DNA of 64,000 nucleotides from NCBI RefSeq assembly GCF_009914755.1, contig NC_060936.1; one strand, written 5' to 3'. Positions 1 to 14,690 of this stretch are shown here, one piece after another; the first letter of the stretch is position 1, and each line of letters opens with the position of its first letter. The notes beneath the pieces are model-generated. The model had not been told where the DNA came from, ran no database searches, and was given only the letters and a program-made list of their open reading frames with translations. This DNA is from the human T2T-CHM13v2.0 reference genome, Homo sapiens. The position numbers and the translations under genes were made by a program.

Positions 1-32
1 ATGAAAGTAATACTTCAAAATATAAACATTGA

Positions 33-224
<192 letters not shown>

Positions 225-1084
225 TAATGTTTTAAATAGAAATAAATCCTTTCACTCTATACTTCCCCTCATAAAAGATTATTATATATGAATATATGGA
301 TAAACATACTAACATACAAAATGCATATTATATATTCATGCATTTACATTTAATTTATACATAATGTGGCATATATTCCTATACATATAAATAAACAATT
401 ATACATATATAAATAGAGCTATATTCACTTATAAATCTGTGAACGTGTACTATTCTTTCGTACCATTTAATACTGGTCCTACCTGAATTTTACCTACTGT
501 TTACAAACCACCAACAAAAAGAACATACGGCTTTTCTAGTGTCAGTCAGGTCCACAGAATCTTAGTGAAAAAAAAAAAAAAGACTTTCTTAGTAAACTCT
601 TTTCTCTCCTACTCCCATAAATATTATCATTTTCCATCATTCTATTCAAGCTTTTCTTCTTTTTCTTTGTTACAACATTTTTGGTATTACATGACTTCTC
701 CTACAATCATATTTAGAGCTTCAGCTAGGACTCCTTCCTGAATCCCAGTCTCAGTTTTTGAATAATGACTATTCTCTTTACCTATTTTTCTGCTGACCAA
801 TAAAACACAATGCATCTAAAACTGTAATTTTCCTTTCCTGCCTGCTTCTCCTTCCAGATTCTTATTTTTGGTAGGCTCAGTTTTCTCAGGGCTAAGTTTA
901 TAGCTTCTATTCTCTCATAATTAGAAACATGCCAAACCCTCTTTTCCTCAATATCTCACCTGCCACAATGTTTCCTGTTGAGTTCTCACTGCCATAATCA
1001 AAGTTCCGGTTAATACTTCCTTTAATTTTGGCAACGGCATTACATTACTGATGGTTTTCCCTACCTGTTCATCACAATTTTGAA

Positions 1085-1450
1085 GCATCAACCCCTAAAC
1101 CGGAACTGGGAAACTAGTTTTGGACGTTCCATCCCTAAACCAGAAGTGGGATGATCCGCCCTTGAGGAGAGATCTTGATCCATTTCCAGCCTAGGAGCTT
1201 CAAGCAGATGCCTGCTTGAGGATGTTAATGCGGGAAAGGTAACAATCCTGCCTTGCTGTGCTGCGATGTGAATCAAGAAGGCTGCCTGCAAATGATCTCA
1301 GTTAACCCAGTAAGAAACCGTCATGGCAACATCGCGTGTTAGTGTGAACCTCAGCCAGCCCTGTTCAGAGCTCGAGGGGGAGGTCCTTTCAGGCCAGGCT
1401 TTCCCCTGACCTCATAATTTACGCTGTGAAAATTGTACAGAAGTCGGTCT
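1085..1450 (+). promoter_or_regulatory. Candidate promoter: RFX X-box-like site and two ETS-like motifs
   Basis: Local GC/CpG enrichment. ACCGTCATGGCAAC at 1317-1330 matches GTTGCCATGGCAAC at 10/14 with a perfect right half. CCCTAAACCGGAACTGGGA (1093-1111) and CCCTAAACCAGAAGTGGGA (1133-1151) are each one mismatch from ACCGGAAGTG. Confidence 0.55.
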
Positions 1451-1624
1451 GTTTTCACCCTGCTCTTGGCAAGAATTGGGGGAAGAAACCTAATGCCCCC
1501 TCGAAAGTATGTATTTTTCAGGGCCTGGAATTTGCTGAGTTTTTATTTGTACTCTGCATTTTATGAAAAAAATGACAATGAGGAGCGCCAAGGAGTACTT
1601 GGGGACGTGGAGGGCTTGAACAAT

Positions 1625-1910
1625 TTATTATTATTATTATTTTTTATTTTGAGACGGGATCTCTTGCTGGGTTGGAGGGCTCAAATGATCCTCCCACTTC
1701 AGCCTCCTGAGTAGCTGGGACTACTGGCATGTGCCACCATACCCGGCTAATTTTTCTTTATTTTTCATTTTCTTTCTTTCTTTTTTTTTTTTTTTGGAGA
1801 GGTGGGGTTTTGCCATGTTGTCCAGGCTGGTCTTGAACTTCTGAGCTCCAGTGATCAGCCTCAGCTTCCTGAAGTGCTGGGATTACAGGTGTGAGCCACC
1901 ACACCCGGCC
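1625..1910 (-). mobile_element. AluJ-like element with internal deletion
   Basis: (TTA)n tail, ctcaaatgatcctcccac, ends ccacacccggcc. Confidence 0.85.
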
Positions 1911-2004
1911 TCTGTGTCCTACTTCTGTTTTTTCACTTCTGAGGTGAAATAAACAAAGTTTGTTCTGTTTTGTAATAGTAAGAATGGTTACATTAAATAA
2001 TAAT

Positions 2005-2055
2005 AAGGTTGGTGCAAAAGTAATTGCGGTTTTTCCGCAATTACTTTTGCACCAA
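2005..2055. mobile_element. MADE1 (Hsmar1-derived MITE), internally deleted
   Basis: ttggtgcaaaagtaattgcgg-ttttt-ccgcaattacttttgcaccaa: perfect 21-bp inverted repeat of the Hsmar1 TIR. Confidence 0.9.
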
Positions 2056-2076
2056 TGTGTGTGTGTTTTCCGCTAG

Positions 2077-2377
2077 GAAATGAAAAAAAGGAACTGGGGC
2101 CCAGTGTGCTGGAAACTGGAGTGCTTCTAGCACTGTCTCCCTTTGCTGCCTCCCGACAAGCTGTTTGTGCTGTGGTCATGCCAATCAGCTGGGCTTTGAA
2201 GAGGAACTGGAGGACCAGCTGTGAATGCACTGTGAGTGAGCATCTCCCATCTTGACTGTACGGAAGGCAGTGGTCTGGCATCCTTTGTGTAAGGACACTG
2301 AAGTTTATACAGATTAAGTATAACCTTTGCCCAAATCCACCTGGCTGGAAGAAGCACATTGCACAGTTGCCACCACA
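2077..2377 (+). other. Candidate 5' exon (acceptor ccgctag|2077; donors at 2231|gtgagt or 2377|gtaagt)
   Basis: Good splice-site matches and GC-richer unique sequence; no recognisable protein homology. Confidence 0.3.
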
Positions 2378-3016
2378 GTAAGTCTGGGATTGCTTGAGAC
2401 AGAAGCTTTAGCAATTGCTGCAATAACTGGAGGAAGAAATAGAAATCCTTAGCAGCTTCATGTAGAGAGTTTCAAGATGGTGACTCAGGGGATCTGAGCT
2501 GTCAACTCCAATGGTCCCTTCTGATTTTTAACGACCTTAAAGTGCTTTCATTTAGTGCCTTGCTTGTATATAATCTCACATATTTTGTAAATGCAAAGCA
2601 AGTAATCACATTCAAGGACTATTGACCAATTACTTTTATTTCTTTGAGGTTCTGCACAATTGAGCATCCCTGTGTTTTGGACACGTGAAGCTGGTAGGTG
2701 AGTGGTAGTAAGTATACAATTCCAAATAAATGGGCTACATTGCTTTCTCATGCACAGCACCTAAACTACTATTATTTCACATTGAACGCCAGTGGAATTA
2801 TTCATAATCTTCTAGGTGGCTCAAATAGAATAGGCAAGGACTGAGATTTGCTTGTAGGATGAACAGGAAAAAAAGAAATCAAGCATAACTTAAAAGTAAT
2901 TACCCGTTTTGGTAATGGTGCCCCAAATCTTTGATGAATTGCCATCACATATCAACGAAATGCACTCAACTGGGACAATCCTTTTTCTAGAAGGAAACAC
3001 TAATGCAGTTTATTAG

Positions 3017-3390
3017 GACACTACTCTAAAAGACAAATGCGATGTTCCTGTGCCATCAAGTTTTGTCACAAGGTTGAAATGACCTATCCCAGTGAAATTT
3101 AAGAGCCAGAAGATTTTCAAATATCTATATGGAACCAGAGGAAGATAGAATGACCTTGCCAGGACTTGGACTTGTTTGGCAAAAGCCCTGGTTGAAGCCA
3201 GACCTAAGCTGTGGAAACTAATATTTTGTGCAGACAGGATAGTTCCAAGGAAACTGCATTTTCGTGATACCAACGTTATCATCCCTGTGCCTGAATGTGT
3301 CTCCCGGGAAAATGCAGCAGATACCTAGGAAAGTTCTGTTGGACTAACCTTTGCAATTCAGAATTGAGTGGTAGCAGTCCTGTATTCAAG
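3017..3390 (+). pseudogene. Candidate exon remnant (variable N-terminus)
   Basis: ttattag| acceptor, strong CAAG|gtaagg donor, coding-like composition, stops in all frames; no motif match recognised. Confidence 0.35.
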
Positions 3391-4041
3391 GTAAGGCCAC
3401 TTAACACAGAAGTAAAAACCAATCTGTATGTTAGTTCTGGATTTCCCACCTCTGATTAGAAAAATTTAGGGATTAAACTACTTAGAAGCACATAAAGCTG
3501 AGAAGGATGTTATTGGTGCAACACAGTGCATATTCTTTCTCAAAGGCCTATGTGTAAATTTTTTTTTTTGGTATGCAGACAGGTTTTTCTACACAATTTC
3601 TTTCCACCTTAGATGTGCTACATTTCTGTGCATTAGCTTCAGAACAGTAATGTTCTCCACATTTGTCTCTCATTTTAATATCCATGGATTTGCTCTCTTA
3701 TCAATTCTCTCATTTTAAAAATTAATTTTTAAGTCACCAAAATGTTACCGTATTACTGAAGATGCCTCTGAAGCCTAATTTCAGTCAAAAGTTGTTGTTC
3801 ACTTTTTTGAACTCATACCATTGAGTTCATATCTGTACATCTCTTAGTTTTCTTAATACTTTCTACTTCTTAGAATTGTTATCTGTATGTTTTATTTCAC
3901 CTTGGATTCTGATCTTCTTAAATTTGAAAACATTTAAAAAAAACGTATTATATCACTTGAGTACTCAGCGGAGTGTTTAAAAAGATTGCAACTACCACTG
4001 TGGTTTGAGTGTGTGTGTGTATGTATGTGTTTACATTGCAG

Positions 4042-4158
4042 GAATCTCGAACTCGGAGCTATAAGACAAACTACCAGCCATGAAGATTTGTATTTATTAT
4101 CTACAGCATGGTACTCTTGAAAACTTGCTTAAGAGTTTCCCTGATATGACCCAGATCT
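4042..4158 (+). pseudogene. Dynein-like exon remnant, N-terminal tail
   Basis: ttgcag| ... |gtaatg. Reads ICIYYLQHGTLENLLKSFPDMTQI and joins in phase 1 to the 4716 exon. Confidence 0.45.
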
Positions 4159-4715
4159 GTAATGTTATTTTGGGGCTCTTTAATTGAAAAAATGCAAATG
4201 AGCACATCAAACTTAACTTTGTCTACTAAGAAGGAACCATACATTTCTCTTTATTCGTTTATAACTTATTTAAGTGAGAAGTGAGGATAATACCACTTGT
4301 TAGTTTAATTACATAATAAATATAAATATCTTTTAACTGCTATAAGTAAACATCTTTAAAGATATTAAAAAAGGTAACGAAAAAATATTGACACTATGTA
4401 CAGTTAGAAGATGAGCATCAAAACTGAGTACTGGGGGAACCTCAAACATGTAACCTAATCTGTCTAATATCAAAATTCAGATATGGTGCAAAGTTTGAGA
4501 AGCCACGCAATTTAGGGACAGATATTTTTGGAATCTGCTGGGCCATCTACTTATCTTCACTGCCTTGTACATATACATATATATGTAGAGAAATAACATT
4601 TTTAACTGTTTGTCATTGGAACACAATGAATCTCTATTATTTACCTCTAATCATTGCTCATGAAGGCAGATAAAGTATTAGTTGTACAAATGTTATTACA
4701 TTTCTTCTTGGGAAG

Positions 4716-4799
4716 ATAGTGTGTGGGAACTTGTTAGTTTTCATCAACTCAAGAAAAATGCTCATTTATTAAGGAATTGATGCTGATATGAAATGACAA
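4716..4799 (+). pseudogene. Dynein-like exon remnant, N-terminal tail
   Basis: (Y)SVWELVSFHQLKKN resembles recalled DNAH6 YNLKVVSYENINKN. Confidence 0.45.
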
Positions 4800-5305
4800 G
4801 TGAATTATTACACTGTAGAGTGCTTTGCTTAGAATGCATATGACTGTGCATGTAATCACAAATTCCTCCGGTTTCTGGAGTGTTACTTGGACTACATGCA
4901 ACAAACCACCAAACATTAGTGATCTCAGTTCTTTTCCTTCAACTCTTCAGGGTTGCACTTCCTCAGTGCAAATTATTCTGTGGCCCTAAGTAGAGGTGGG
5001 AAAGAAGAAAAACAAAATTCTACCCATCTAAATGAAAGTGGCAACGTTAATCTACCCCAAGGCACTAAACTGTAACATTTTATTTAATCATTTATATTAA
5101 AATCAACAGAATACAACAGTAAATTACATTCCCCAAATCATAAGGGCTTATATTCAACACTTAACCTCACGTCAGGGAAAACATGAAAGAAGTGTTGCAG
5201 TCAACTCTTCATCTGTCTGACATGTGCCACTGTATGTATCTGACTTGCTTTCCTTGCTTTTTTAAATGCTTGTCCAATTTGTTTTTTTACTTTGTTTTGT
5301 GGAAG

Positions 5306-5455
5306 GCTGCATATGCCCTCAGGGCAGTATTTGGTACTTTCTGATGAGCACAAAGAATGTTGCTGACATAGCAAAATCTTCAGAAAGCCAGAAAAATGAA
5401 AAGTTTTTCCGAAACATCATTATAATTACATTGGGTACAAAAGTCTCAGATACTG
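5306..5455 (+). pseudogene. Dynein-like exon remnant, tail (150 nt, phase 2-2)
   Basis: Single frame LHMPSGQYLVLSDEHKECC*HSKIFRKPEK*KVFPKHHYNYIGYKSLRY-W, donor TG|gtaaga. Resembles the inner-arm dynein motif ...KIPIF..FRKWKAFSVW. Confidence 0.6.
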
Positions 5456-5566
5456 GTAAGAGCACATGTAATTGTTTTGCTGTTTCATATTTTTTTACAG
5501 TCCCAAGTTGTATGTTCATTTATAGTATAGGTGGTAATGAAATAGAAAATATATTACATATATAAG

Positions 5567-5733
5567 GAGAGAGAGAGAGACTAAGTATCCTACAATGATG
5601 CCCAGCAAGATTTACATTAAGTTTCACTTTAAGCTTCAACATAAATAGAAAATGTGTGGCATTGACAGGATTGAGATTTCCTGCCACTGATTGCAGAAAT
5701 AATAAAACTTGAGATGAGGATTGGGAAGAGACA
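5567..5733 (+). pseudogene. Dynein-like exon remnant, tail
   Basis: Completes the split Trp codon (TG|G AGA = W-R). SFNINRKCVALTGL resembles LLKINELCYHLSFM; frameshifted. Confidence 0.5.
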
Positions 5734-5806
5734 GTAAACTCTTCCAATATTAAAGCTAATTGAGACAAGTTATGTTGTAACTTATTTACCAACTTCTCTT
5801 TTACAG

Positions 5807-5941
5807 TATCATTCTCTTAAATATATATATAAATTTTTTTCTGTGAGCTGAAAAAGGGCCTGGTTAGAATAGAATCAGTAGTAGCAAACATTGAACTAAC
5901 TATGTCAGCAAGAGTACAGGAATTAACTCGTTCTGAGAAAA
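5807..5941 (+). pseudogene. Dynein-like exon remnant, tail
   Basis: ttttacag| acceptor. FFCELKKGLVRIESVVANIELTMSARVQEL is a helical segment at the expected position. Confidence 0.4.
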
Positions 5942-6379
5942 GTTATAACTGTGAACACTGTTTTGATTTGTCGTGGGGAAGAGAAGAGCGACAATGATGA
6001 TGAAAATAACTTAAGTCTTTCAAAGGGCTATAAAATATACTTTGTTAAATCCTCCATAAAACTCATGAGGTAGGTAAGAATATATTCGTGATTATTCTTA
6101 CACTATAAATACAAACTGAACTAAGATAGTTTTAGTGGTGTGCCCCAGTATAATAGATAGCAAGTATGCTGTCATACCTATGTATGATAAATGGCAATTC
6201 GGTTTAAACACAGGCCTTTGTAAATATATCTCTGATGTTGTATGCATCCTAGTCTACACAGAGTTTATCAGAGAGATAAACATTAGGTGCTTCAAAGTCA
6301 AGTTAAAAATTGGTTAAGCAATTAATATTGAAGAACACTGGGAATCATGTTTCCACCTTAATGTTAAGACATAATACAT

Positions 6380-8553
<2,174 letters not shown>

Positions 8554-8984
8554 AAGACATAATACATAAGATGATTATTTTTCCTTAAAGGATGGTATAA
8601 GCATTTATGTACAACCACTAGTATAGTATAAAAGGCAATAACATATTGTCTCAATAATATTGCCACACATTTTTACTGTACATTTTCATACAGTAATAGA
8701 TCAGGTAAACTAACTTGAATTCAGTACTACCAAATAACAAATTTGGGTGGATTTAATGCATATATTAATATATTTTTACATTGAAGTAAAATGCTCAGAT
8801 TACGAATCATTTTCCTGTTTAAGTGTTGTTTTTCTTAAGCTTGTTATTAAATTCTAAAAATAATAAGAATTTTGTTATTGATAAATCATTACCATTCATT
8901 TATTATTTCACTCAAACATTTATTGAGTTTATACTAGGTACCAGATACCTGTGCTATGCACAATGACTGCAATTTAATATGCAG

Positions 8985-9105
8985 CTTAACTAGAACAGAA
9001 AAATACTACAGAGGAAATGCAGTAAAAACACATGTTGTGGTTAGAAATGCTTTTAATACTTTCCTGATAGTTGTTATGAAGAATTTTTAAAAAACATTTT
9101 AAATG
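8985..9105 (+). pseudogene. Dynein-like exon remnant, tail
   Basis: atgcag| acceptor. LTRTEK...THVVVRNAFNTFL resembles MTYTEQ...MHILTVNAVNSLL; 3' end uncertain. Confidence 0.5.
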
Positions 9106-9233
9106 GTTACTCAGTCTGTATTGCCCAAGACATTAAGTATTGCCTTAGTTCTATCTCCACTTACTGAAGCCCTACTATGCACATGGCATTGTGCTAGAAA
9201 GAAAAGTAAAGATTAATTTAAAGTCCATGTTCT

Positions 9234-9524
9234 GTCTGCGCCTGGTGGCTCACCGTCTGTAATTTCAGCGCTTTGGGAGGCTGAGGTGGGAGGATCGCTT
9301 GAGGCCCGGAGCTTGACACCAGCCTGGGCAACGTAGTGAGAACTTGTCTCTATGAAAAATGATAAAAAATAATTGCTAGGCATGCTGGTGCACAGCTGTA
9401 GTCCCAGATACTTGAGAGGCTAAGACAGAGGATCACTTGAGCCCAACAGTTCGAGGTTGAGCCATGATTGTGCCATGCACTTCAGCCTGAGTGACAGAGT
9501 GAGACCCTGTCTCTAAAATAAAAT
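9234..9524 (+). mobile_element. AluJ-like element
   Basis: Dimeric Alu with gaggatcgcttgag; TSD aagtcc(a/c)tgttct at 9221-9233 and 9525-9537. Confidence 0.9.
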
Positions 9525-10054
9525 AAGTCCCTGTTCTTGCACTAATGTCTAGTGCAAGGCAAAAGGAAGGTAAATGTGCCCAAAAGTAGATCCATAAATT
9601 GTTAGAGGCATGATGTTACAAAAATGCACAGGTTATAATAGAAACATAAAATAGGGAAATAAGAGACTTTTCTACTTGAGAGTTGGCTGTTTTCAGAGAA
9701 TATTACATAGAGGAGATGAAGACAGACAGGGAGTAAGATAAGAGTAGGAAAGACCCGAGGGTAAGAGTACAGCAAAAAAACAAAGTGACATACAGAGTGT
9801 AACATTTCTATATTATAAAGTTGTTGATTTTTCCTGTTTTCTTAAAATCTCACCACCATCTGAGCAGAAATAGTTTAAGTTAATACATTATAGAGCTCAT
9901 GATAAACAAAATGAACAGCCTGGTTCCAGACTTCTATTCTGTAATAATTTTATTAAATGAGAAGATAATAAGAAAATACCTTGAAATTTTTGAAGGGAAA
10001 TGTTATGTTATTGTTCCATAATTGTAGTTCACAAAAGTTCTCTTTATTTTGCAG

Positions 10055-10263
10055 AGGCAAAGTCAATTTTTTTTTCTGGTATGTAAGGTCTTCAGAAATA
10101 AAGTATTGATTTATTTTTCTCTTTAGAAAATAATTAAAATTTCCACCAAGTCGTTTTAGAGATGAATTAAGAACCAAGAATGGAGAGACTATGGTGAAAA
10201 GTGACTGCAGTTTTTTTTCTTACTTAATTTTGATTCCAAATTCCAGAAACCAGTAGGATTTAG
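10055..10263 (+). pseudogene. Dynein-like exon remnant, tail
   Basis: ttttgcag| ... AG|gtatcc. LKFPPSRFRDEL.../VTAVFFLLNFDSKFQ resembles LLFEPSLEDFLDGI...VLSVPNLVPDSYFD. Confidence 0.55.
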
Positions 10264-11117
10264 GTATCCTCATGTTTTTAAAGCCAAGTGGTGAAGCTAG
10301 ATTTTATATTAAGTACTATTTAAGACTTTATATTAAGCTTGGATCCTGTTTTGTAACTTCAAATTTTGTAGAATCACGAAATATATTATATATATTATAT
10401 AAATACTTACGTAATCATATATGTTTATATTTTACAAATATTTATTATTATATAAATATAATAAAATTGCATCCAAGCTTCAAATAGAACACATAATACT
10501 GTTGTTTGTAGCCACTTGAAGCAGTAACTAGCTTTTTTTCCATTCATGAACTTACTGAAATTGACTATAATATTTGCATAGTTTGGAGTCTACAAGAATA
10601 ATTACCAAGTGTTTGTTCTTGTTTATCCCATTTAGAAAGTTAGAGCTGAGTTGGGCAATTTAAAGGTCACTTCCATGTAGAGAAACTTGAGAAATGATTT
10701 TTTTCTTCATCTTTAAAATTCTTCCTGAACAAGCATAATATGTATCAAAAAACCTCCACATATTATCTTGCATCTAAGACCTCTAAATGTTCTTATATGT
10801 TTAATATGTAAAACTTTAACTATGAAAAAAATGTATACAGAGAAAGATTAAAGAACTACAATGACATATTAATAGTGATAGTATGCATTTTGTACAATTA
10901 TGGATGTTACTTTTTTCTTTATACCTTTCTATATTTTGTACTTTTTAAAATATGCATATACCCATTAACCATCCCTTCTTTCCAGCTTCAGGTAATCATC
11001 ATTCTACTCTGTATATGCGTAAATAACGTTAAACTGGAATACAGAATAGAATGATGGTTCTACTTTTGACTCTTCCTTTTGTCTTTTCTCAATTAATACA
11101 TTTTTTTTTCTATTTCA

Positions 11118-11238
11118 AAAATATGCATATAGCTTATATTTGGAACAATGCATTTGAAAAACTCCTAAAATTCTGTATATATTATCAAAATTATGCAAAA
11201 AATATAGAGCAAAAATTCTGGAAGGGACTAGTTCTAAA
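11118..11238 (+). pseudogene. Dynein-like exon remnant, tail
   Basis: IAYIWNNAFEKLLKFCIYYQNY resembles IKETIQAAFESARIYAATFEKF. Polypyrimidine tract present but the acceptor AG appears mutated. Confidence 0.45.
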
Positions 11239-11325
11239 GTTAAAAATTGTCTTCTAAGCCTAACAGGGTTTTGTTTCTTTCCCTTTCTATTTTGTAAAAT
11301 TACTGCTCTTACATTGATTTTATAG

Positions 11326-11582
11326 AAGATATAATTTTCATTTATATAAAGACTCTTAAAGTTGCACTCTAACATCTGAATTGACAAATCAGGCCACAAA
11401 ACTGTACATCATAGTGCATGAATGACAAGTAATTTCAGGTTAACTCAAGGTGGTAATTCAAGTTTAAGAAGAAAGATGTCATTGGCGATAATTCAGATAA
11501 AAGAAGAAAAATGTCATTAACTATCCTACAGCCTACTCCCAATGAGATTGAAGCAGTCATTTCCATAGTCAAATGGTCAAAT
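11326..11582 (+). pseudogene. Dynein-like exon remnant(s), tail
   Basis: ttttatag|EDIIFIYIKTLKVAL (cf. GLLLIDTRLLREKL) and LTILQPTPNEIEAV (cf. KLEFVPTTTTEY). Confidence 0.45.
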
Positions 11583-11735
11583 GTGAACAATAAGTATCTG
11601 TGTTCTAGGGACATTTATAGTAATGGTATAATTAACATTTTAAAAATGCATTTTAAAGTGTCAATTCCCTTTATTCGAGTTATCACATTTTAAAAATTTC
11701 TAATACCCGAACTAGTTTTTTTTTTCTATTTTCAG

Positions 11736-11860
11736 CCTCTTAAGTTTAGGATTAAACCTTGTTATATTAACAACTATATGACAATCTTGATTCATTTGGC
11801 TTAACTTCGGATGAAACCAGAATTCAAATGTCTTTTCCTCTTGGTCACAGATTCCTTAAA
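11736..11860 (+). pseudogene. Dynein-like exon remnant, tail
   Basis: Strong acceptor (T)n-ctattttcag| and donor |gtaaat. QLYDNLDSFGLTSDETRIQMSFPLGHRFLK resembles QMYKLMEQYQVPTPPEDFAVF. Confidence 0.55.
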
Positions 11861-12246
11861 GTAAATTATCAAGTGATTTTTATAAATAAATAACTGAATT
11901 TAAAAATAGAAATAACCTAGATTTATTACCAGGTCCCTAAATATAATTTTTATACCAATATTTCAGCTTATCTTTTTTTCAATTCCCCCCATGGTATAAA
12001 TTACTTATTGATTAGGAAATAAGTTATGGTTTGAGAGCATAATAAAAATCTGCAATGAAAAACTCTTTTTAGAAAGAAATTAATAATTTCAACAGTGAAA
12101 ATCAATTTTCCTATGTTCAATCTTGTAATCTATTTTGCATTATTTCCCTTGTGTAATCGAAACATCATTGATTCATGGCATTATGTAGATAATAAACTAA
12201 AATGAAAGAATTACATAAAGTATATTTCTCTATGGCTATTCCCTAG

Positions 12247-12350
12247 CAGTCTCATACTAAAATACTTAAATTTCTATATTCAATAACTAAAGATGTCATG
12301 AGAGAATTAAACAGTTTTAAAAATTTATCCATTGTTGAAAAGCTCATAAA
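12247..12350 (+). pseudogene. Dynein-like exon remnant, tail
   Basis: ccctag| acceptor in phase 0 with the previous exon; open frame QSHTKILKFLYSITKDVMRELNSFKNLSIVEKLIK. Confidence 0.4.
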
Positions 12351-13558
12351 ACAATATTTTTTATATGTTGTTTCAAATATTTATAACATAAAGATAGGGA
12401 AAATAGGCTATTAATAAAAGCTATGAAGAAACACTAAAATTCTAAATTCTAGGGGAACTTATTTTATGAAAGGCTGTGGGACTGTCTACATGCATTATCT
12501 ATTTTAATCCTCCTAGGACTCCAATTACTAGATATTATCATATCTATTTATTTATTATGGAAAAAATGAAGCTTTCAGGGATGTTTAATGAACTTTTCCA
12601 GGATTTCATAACTATTGGGACGAGGTGTATCTGACTCCCCAGACTGTGGTGTAAGACATTATGCTATGTTGTCTCTCTTCAAACAGTGAAAGTAATTAAT
12701 CATCAACTCAATATTAATGCTTAGGGTTCCTGATATATACATACATATATGTTTTTAAACTGCTAAATGGTTCAATATTAGTGAATGTACAATGATACAT
12801 TATGATTAATACTTATAATACTATAGATACATCCTGCAGTTATGATGGTGTATTTGTGTCACCTGTCCTGAAATTTCATGTTCTTGCTAACACCGAAATT
12901 TTTAAAAATACTGTGGTAACAAAGTAAGTGTCCAAGTCCTATTCATAAGGAGTGGGGATATAAAATAAGAACAATTTTACTTTTATTTTTAATTACATAA
13001 GCAATGCAAGAATGTAGAAAAAATAGAAGCAGTTGAATGTTCTCCTCTACTCCCATCACTGTAATTCCTACTACTGATTACCATTGCTGCTATAGTTTGG
13101 TTTTTTAGGACCTTTTCTCTGCATGTGCATGCACATGCACACACACACAGACACACACACAAATACTAAACACACACACACCTATTTAAAAATAACACAT
13201 ACGTTGAACCATATCATGTTTTTGTTTCTTTCACTATATCTTGAAAATCTTTCCATATCAGCACAAATAGATTCACTTTATTTTTTCAAATTGCTGAATA
13301 GTCTAGTTGAAACATGTTTTTATTTAACCCACTCCCTTAGTTCCAAATACTATCTTACAAAAATGATGCAATTAAAATTCATATAAGATATCTTTGTGCC
13401 TAATTTTTTGATATAAATATATTAGTAAAATTGATGGGTCAAAAAGTAGTCTCATTTATGAGAGATACTTCCAGCTCCCCTTAGTCTTGTAATATATTCT
13501 TGTGTATTGACTGTAACATTACAAGTAGTTCAGTGTTTATTTTCTGCATTTCAAATAG

Positions 13559-13749
13559 ATCTTCCCCCAGTAAATTTAAGCAGATCTGAGATATTGCTGT
13601 TGACAGCTTAGTTAAATGAGCTTTCTCAGCTCTTCCAATCTGTGTGTGTATAATTTCTCTAGAGTCCAGAAGATTACTAAAAGGGATCCTTTTCAATTAA
13701 AGTAGCAACAGTGAAGCATTTGTGTATCGTACCATTTACTAAGTGGAAG
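13559..13749 (+). pseudogene. Dynein-like exon remnant, tail/linker boundary
   Basis: tcaaatag| ... GAAG|gtaatc. DLPPVNLSRSEILLLTA*LNELSQLFQSV/YNFSRVQEITKRDPFQL. Confidence 0.5.
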
Positions 13750-14535
13750 GTAATCCTCATAGAAAATACACATGTTGCAATCTATTTGGATTTCATTTCT
13801 AAAGTCATTATTAACTAGTTCTCAGTATACTATAAGTAGGTCCACATTCTAAAAGGAAAAATAGTGACAACACATAACTACAATGAATCATTATTAGGAA
13901 ATCTTCAAGAAATAACGAATTTTTCACTATCACAGTGTACCTCACTTCATAAGCAAACTGAACATACAGTGTCATAATAGAAGAGGAAAGGGCTACCTGG
14001 AGACCTCTGGGAAGCACATTCATGGGTATTTTCCTGGCTGTTGGCTCTTCTGATAACTAAACTTTTGCTGTATTCCATGTTTTCTCAAAGACAATGGCTG
14101 CGACTAAGTTAAAATATCCTAGCATAAAGCATTATTTAAAGATAATTTAAAATTTTTATATTTTAAAGTAATTTTGTTACATTTTTATTTTAAAAATTAT
14201 AATTTTCTGTTTTATTGGCTACTCTAATATTGAATGTTTAATTACTTAGATCAAATGTTATAGTATGATGTACTATATTTCTGGCCCAGAGAACAGAATA
14301 GAAAAAATTTATTTTAAAATACACATGGTTTTTCATGAAATTCATATGATGAAAAACATTAACATAAAATATAGGTCAATATACACTACAAAATTATAAC
14401 TATTTTATCTGATTAAGAATTGTGGTCCAGTTAAAATAGTTTGGTTAATGAGAAATTATCCATTTTAAAGTCACATTTTGGAGTTTATGTGAATACATGT
14501 AATGCTGAAATATGTTAAGCATAATTTAATATGTC

Positions 14536-14690
14536 ATGGTTTATCAAATAGTTCAAAAGCTTTCAATGCCCCATGGCCCTCATTATAGCTTTTACTATAA
14601 TGTTCCAGAGATCTAACTAATTTCTAAAGTTCACTTCACTTTGCTAAATTCATCATTGAAATAACAGTGATGATCCATCATTTCATTTTT
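14536..14690 (+). pseudogene. Dynein linker (DHC_N2) exon remnant
   Basis: One frame: MVYQIVQKLSMPHG...FTLLNSSLK*Q**SIIF matches the L.N..LK.RHW..I motif, with the Trp position now TGA. Confidence 0.6.

Noticed and set aside
2009-2055. Calling an annotated miR-548 gene
   Set aside because: Thousands of MADE1 copies exist; the hairpin is short and there is no expression evidence in the sequence.
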